Below, piece after piece: positions 59,355 to 64,000 of a DNA stretch of 64,000 bases; position 1 is the first letter of the stretch; every line of letters begins with the position of its first letter. The stretch lies in NCBI GenBank assembly GCA_000934665.2, contig KZ538938.1:1-64000 (forward strand), given 5' to 3'. This DNA comes from Catajapyx aquilonaris (taxonomy: Eukaryota). A program made the translations under genes and the position numbers. The notes beneath the pieces were generated by a model. The model worked only from the letters and a program-made list of their open reading frames with translations. It was not told the DNA's origin and did not search any database.

Positions 59355-59412
59355 TAGGCTAATATACAGGTGCTGAAGCCAAGTATCCCGGTAACTGAAA
59401 ACGGTTATAGGG

Positions 59413-62400
59413 GGGCAATTCCACGCGTTACGTACAGACAATCGGAAGCTGTATTGAGGTGTTTAGGAGTCCACCGCGGCTAGGCACTTGCCGTAATAGA
59501 TTAACTGTTATGAAAATCAGATGCAGCGCAGAAATGTGAAGGTGAGGGACATCATGGAAATTTCATTCGATGGCCATCCACGCGTGTGCGATTGTCTGAA
59601 ATCTCGTTACGTACCATCCGTCATTGGACACCAGTTTCTGGGGTATATGCAACTAGGGGGAAACTCTGCGAAATTTGACAGCACATGTTTCGAAGCTCAA
59701 GTGCATGTGGGGCAGTAGGGTGCGAGGAACCTCATCATGCCATTAGATTGGGAGAATTATCATTTTGAACGTGAAAACATTTGAGATATCCACCCGTTAC
59801 GTACCACCCGGCATCGTTACGTACAACCTACAGCGATTTACTGGGAGTAGCACAAATTTTTGGAGATTGGAATGTCTGAATTCATAATCTTATTATGGCT
59901 CCGCTGCACTGAAATAGGAACTAGGTCAGTTTTCAGAATGAAAGTAAAGGCCACAACAATGTAACGTTCCATTTTGCGTCATATGTTTGTTAAATTTTGT
60001 TAACATAAATGAAACTTAGTACTAATATAACAATTTTTAACAGTTGCAAAAAGGGAACAACATATATTCATAAGTCTCTCTATCTCTCTTAGTCTGTCTG
60101 CACAACAAACAGGCACAAAAATAACATATAAATAGCATCTTACTATATCAAACTTTACAATATAAGCTTATATCCATTTAATTTCTTGCAGAAGAGAAAC
60201 ATAATAAGTGATATCATAGTTTAAAGTGGCTTTGCAAAAGAAAGGGAAATATTTCATGTAGCTCTTCACAGCAAACTAACAATTCTCCAGGCTTCCCTTG
60301 TGTCGAACGATTCCTCGCCAACTTCCACAACATAGTCCCCGACGCTGCGGACGCAGTGCATCCTGTGGGTCTGTGGAATCGCTTTTGTCGCTTCCCAGTG
60401 GTCATGCAGATCGTCGGCGTTTTCCACTACTACTGCAGCAGGGACAAAGATGATTTGGATATTTGGACATGACTCTGCAGCCACGCGCGCAAAATCCGCC
60501 GCCGTGTCAGCTGACCTCCCTGCCTTCACTCTGCGCCATACCGCGTTCTTCACAGTGGCCCCTACACCATCCACGACTCCCTTTCCATGCATTGAGGCGA
60601 AGAAATGCCAGGTCACCTTAACGCCATATCGATGCCCATAGACGTGAAGGATTGTCATGAGATACCTCTGCTTGAACTGCGACGCGGCGCCGTCTGAGAA
60701 GAAATGCACCTCCTTCATGTCTTCTACTGTCTCGTCCAGATCCTTGAGAAGAGTGTCAATAAACTTGTACACTGCTATTTTATCATGCACAACATGGTCT
60801 GATATTATGGCATATCCTTTGCTCTTTCCTTCCTTAATCCATGCATACGCCGTGAACACTGTGCATTGCTGAGGGGACCAGTGCGCAGCCTGAATTTCCC
60901 CTTGCCACTTCAATGCATAGTTTTCGGCGAAGTCCACCTGAACCAGCACCCTCTTGCCGTCCACATTGTTTTTCAATTCCTCAAATGCACTGTGTTGCGC
61001 CCTCTTTATGTAGACATGTTCCAAGAAGGACGGGAGTTGCTTTTGCAAGGCTGTGAACGCCTGACTAAGGTTCCAGTCCATCTGTTGACGGATTGGTCTA
61101 GTTCCCTTTGTAATCCACTGATCACATGATGTGTTGATTGTCGTGGGGTCTTCATACATTAATTGTGAATTGTAGACCTCCAGATTGTTCTTGCATTCAA
61201 GGCACCTTCTCGTCATGCACTCCTTGGACTCCTGATTGCAGGTCATCAACTCCAGAAAATCAGAATATGAATCTGGGATACCCACATGTGATCTCAGAGC
61301 CTCCAGTAAAAAACGCATATTTGCATGATACTTGCAGACACAAACATCATGAGGAATGTGCCTGAACAAATGTACCTCCGGGGGCTTCAGTTCGTAAAAT
61401 TTGCTCTTACCAATGGGAGGTGGGTCTCCTTGCTCACTCACAAACATGTTGTAAGCTTCTTTAACTGACAGGAGCATGTAACGCTTAGGGAGGTATGTCT
61501 TCTTTGACTTCTCGCGAATTATGATCCTGTCACGCATATTAGGGGACTGCCATGTGATGTCATCGCGCCTGTAAAACGCTTGTACTTTCTTTGATGTTTC
61601 CAGAAGCAGAGGCCGTTTAAAAACGGACTCCCTCACAAATCTTGTTCTGCTGGGCTGCACTGTCAATGTCAGATTATTTTCCGCAGCTAGTTGTGTCAGC
61701 ACAGCGCGTCTCCTCAACGGAATGCCGGCAAAGCTCTCCTTGCACGATTGACGGCCTTACCTAGAGCCTGGACCGTCGAGTAAGCTGGGGTGTCATCCAC
61801 GGGTGTCTTTGCGGCTGCCGTAGCACCTGCCTGTGACATGGCTGCTTCACGTCTGTCGCGCTTCCTCTTGCGCTCTTTGGCATTCCTCTCTTTATGGGGT
61901 GTGTAGTTCTTTCGGATGGAAGCAATCCGAATCCTGCATGCTTCCTTGTCCACTTCATAATTCCCAGCCTCCTTCCGTCTGCGCCGAAAGTCAGCCTGCC
62001 TCTCCTTCGATGTTTTCGTGCACATTTCTGTAAGTTCACGGACAAAAGACGCTTGCAAGTTGGCGAAAGAAGGGTATAAACATACGTATACGCGTTTTTT
62101 GTCAAACAACTGACCTGTGATCCAGAGGTGTCCCGCCACAAGAAGCATACACTGCTTTTGGCATTGGCCAGCGTAATCTGAGCTGCACGTTGTCGGGTGC
62201 TTGCGCTCAGTTTGGATGGTACGTAACGCTGTTTTCACCCAGATCGAAACGTCTGATGACACTGATATTTTGCACACGGCTGGAACAGTCTAATCTAACG
62301 AAGGGCCCAGCATTTGACGACCCCATTTTAAACAGCACATGCATACAACACATTAGTCGGATTATTTCGTTACGTACAACCACGTCAAGTGGATACTTTT

Positions 62401-62743
62401 TGGTGTGGCTGTGGAAGGTCACACATTCATGCATACAGCAAAGTGATTGCACAGATCGATGTTGCATTTTGTGCCCTTGAATTATATGAAGACGTCTGTC
62501 TCTCTTCCTTTCACATATCCGGTGCAGCGAATAACCAGCTGGCAATGCGCATTAGCCGAACGGATATCACAGAACGCACGGTCAGATACTCTGGGTTGTA
62601 CTGGGTTGTTGGGAATGATACTGTCGCAAACTAACATGGTTAAGGAAACCATGGTCCACATGCTTCGGTTTTAGTCACTCAGATTCCAACTACGTCAAGA
62701 TGTAAGAACCGCACCCCATGTCCGCTCTTTCGTGGAATTGCCC
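59413..62743 (-). mobile_element. Full-length Sola (Sola2-like) DNA transposon
   Basis: 13-bp TIR gggcaattccacg / cgtggaattgccc, GGG...CCC termini, 4-bp TSD aggg (59409-59412, 62744-62747), subterminal ttacgtac repeats, DDD-type transposase. Confidence 0.8.
60266..62025 (-). pseudogene. Sola-type DDD transposase (~586 aa) with one frameshift near 61720
   Basis: ATG 62025 MCTKTSKERQ...AYSTVQALGKAV...LP, then a shift into RRRAVL...; Cys cluster CVCKYH...C..C..C..C; catalytic-like VDFAENY, FSDGAASQFK, HGKGVVDGVG. Confidence 0.85.
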
Positions 62744-62778
62744 AGGGGGCCATATACATATTACGTCATCTTCTAGGG

Positions 62779-63144
62779 CAGTGGTTCCCAACCTTTTCGT
62801 CATGACGCCCCCCTTTTCGTCAAACACTCACCCCCCCCCCCCCCCCCCCCCCCCCNTATCTTGAAAGAAAATTTTGGAACTGAGGAATGAAAACCTGTTG
62901 AAATATGGGCAACAACAGAAATTTTTTGGGGGTTCAAGGTCACAAAGTTTAGGTGAATGTCGCTGACGAAGTACGGTGTAATCTTCCTACACTGTAAGCA
63001 CATCGGACACAAGCATGGAGAAAAGTCGGTCCCTTCATATTTCCAGCAGCGCCAAGCAAAAACATGTTGCATTATTTTACGTATTCTCATGGCCTCACGC
63101 CCCCCCTGAAATCCTCTCACGCCCCCCCAGGTTGGGAACCACTG
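62779..63144. mobile_element. hAT (Charlie-like) MITE
   Basis: TIR cagtggttcccaacct / aggttgggaaccactg; 8-bp TSD ttctaggg / ctctaggg; the same right end also occurs at 4130-4145. Confidence 0.85.
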
Positions 63145-64000
63145 CTCTAGGGTGGGGGTGGGTGGGGGGTTTGCTTACAGATGACCAAAGATGAAGTAGG
63201 GCAATTTCTAAAATTGACCTTGAAATAAAGTTATGGGCAGTGTATGCCCATTACAGTGAAGTGATGATTTTGATCCACGCAGTTGTGGGACACCCCCTTC
63301 TACTCATGCTATCTATACAGACTCATCATTATCTACAAAATATGACACTATGGAGTCTACTCTAGCCATGAAAATTGACATCGGCAACCTGGAGCGATGA
63401 ACACCCTCGTAACTTATCACTAGCTGCAGTGCTACTCCTTATCGACTACTCAGTCTTCATGCAAGTCAAACCGGGAAAAAATTGTAAACAACGTTCTTCC
63501 AACAATGCAGTGCAGCCACCCATGGGCAAAAATGATCACTACTTTCACTAGACACATTAATATGAATAAGATTACCATAAGTGTCTCATTACTGTATGGT
63601 TTACCCCTACATATAATCTCTATTATGCATATTATACCTTAGTGGCTGTCCCTTCTGCAAGTAATTGATGTTATATTTTTCAAAAATAGTGGAAGCAGTT
63701 GGAGTAATGTGCGTGGCAAAAATTTGCAAACAAAGCCTTCTTGAACAGCACTAATGTTGGTTGCATGCACATATGTCAGGGACATTCAGCTATTTCAAAG
63801 GTCTGGTATCCACAGGGCTTTTACACAAATGCTGTATCACCTGCAGAGGACACCATTCTAAATTGACGAGTCCTCGGGCATTTTGTAGATGCAAGTACAC
63901 TAGAGGCACTACAGCCTTGCAAAATGTAGGCATAATTATTTTATATGATGATTTTAGTAAGCAGTGATTTGTCCTAACAAGTGATCCAGGATGCACTGAG

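Overview
Eukaryotic (probably arthropod) genomic DNA with short 55-80 bp and long TE-filled GT-AG introns, plus several N gaps. Genes in order: the last exon of a coiled-coil protein (possibly FBXO28, +); complete GNPAT/DHAPAT (-); a complete FAM234-like FG-GAP membrane protein (+); complete HMBS (-), head-to-head with fibrillarin (+); and the 3' part of RPA2 (-), tail-to-tail with fibrillarin. Exon boundaries were traced by hand from splice sites and reading frame. The non-coding DNA is unusually rich in foldback (long inverted-repeat) elements with Tc1/mariner-, piggyBac-, P/hAT- and Harbinger-type ends, many nested and with readable TSDs. It also holds a near-intact Sola2-like transposon beside its own inverted deletion derivative, three tRNA-SINE families, and an internally deleted Gypsy element whose Gag-integrase fusion ORF is split by a mariner. 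No prokaryote-type system (CRISPR, operon) is present. The most unusual signal is the pervasive palindrome formation, which in places extends past the transposon target-site duplication. No alignments or database searches were run, so family assignments rest on recognised motifs, termini and TSDs.
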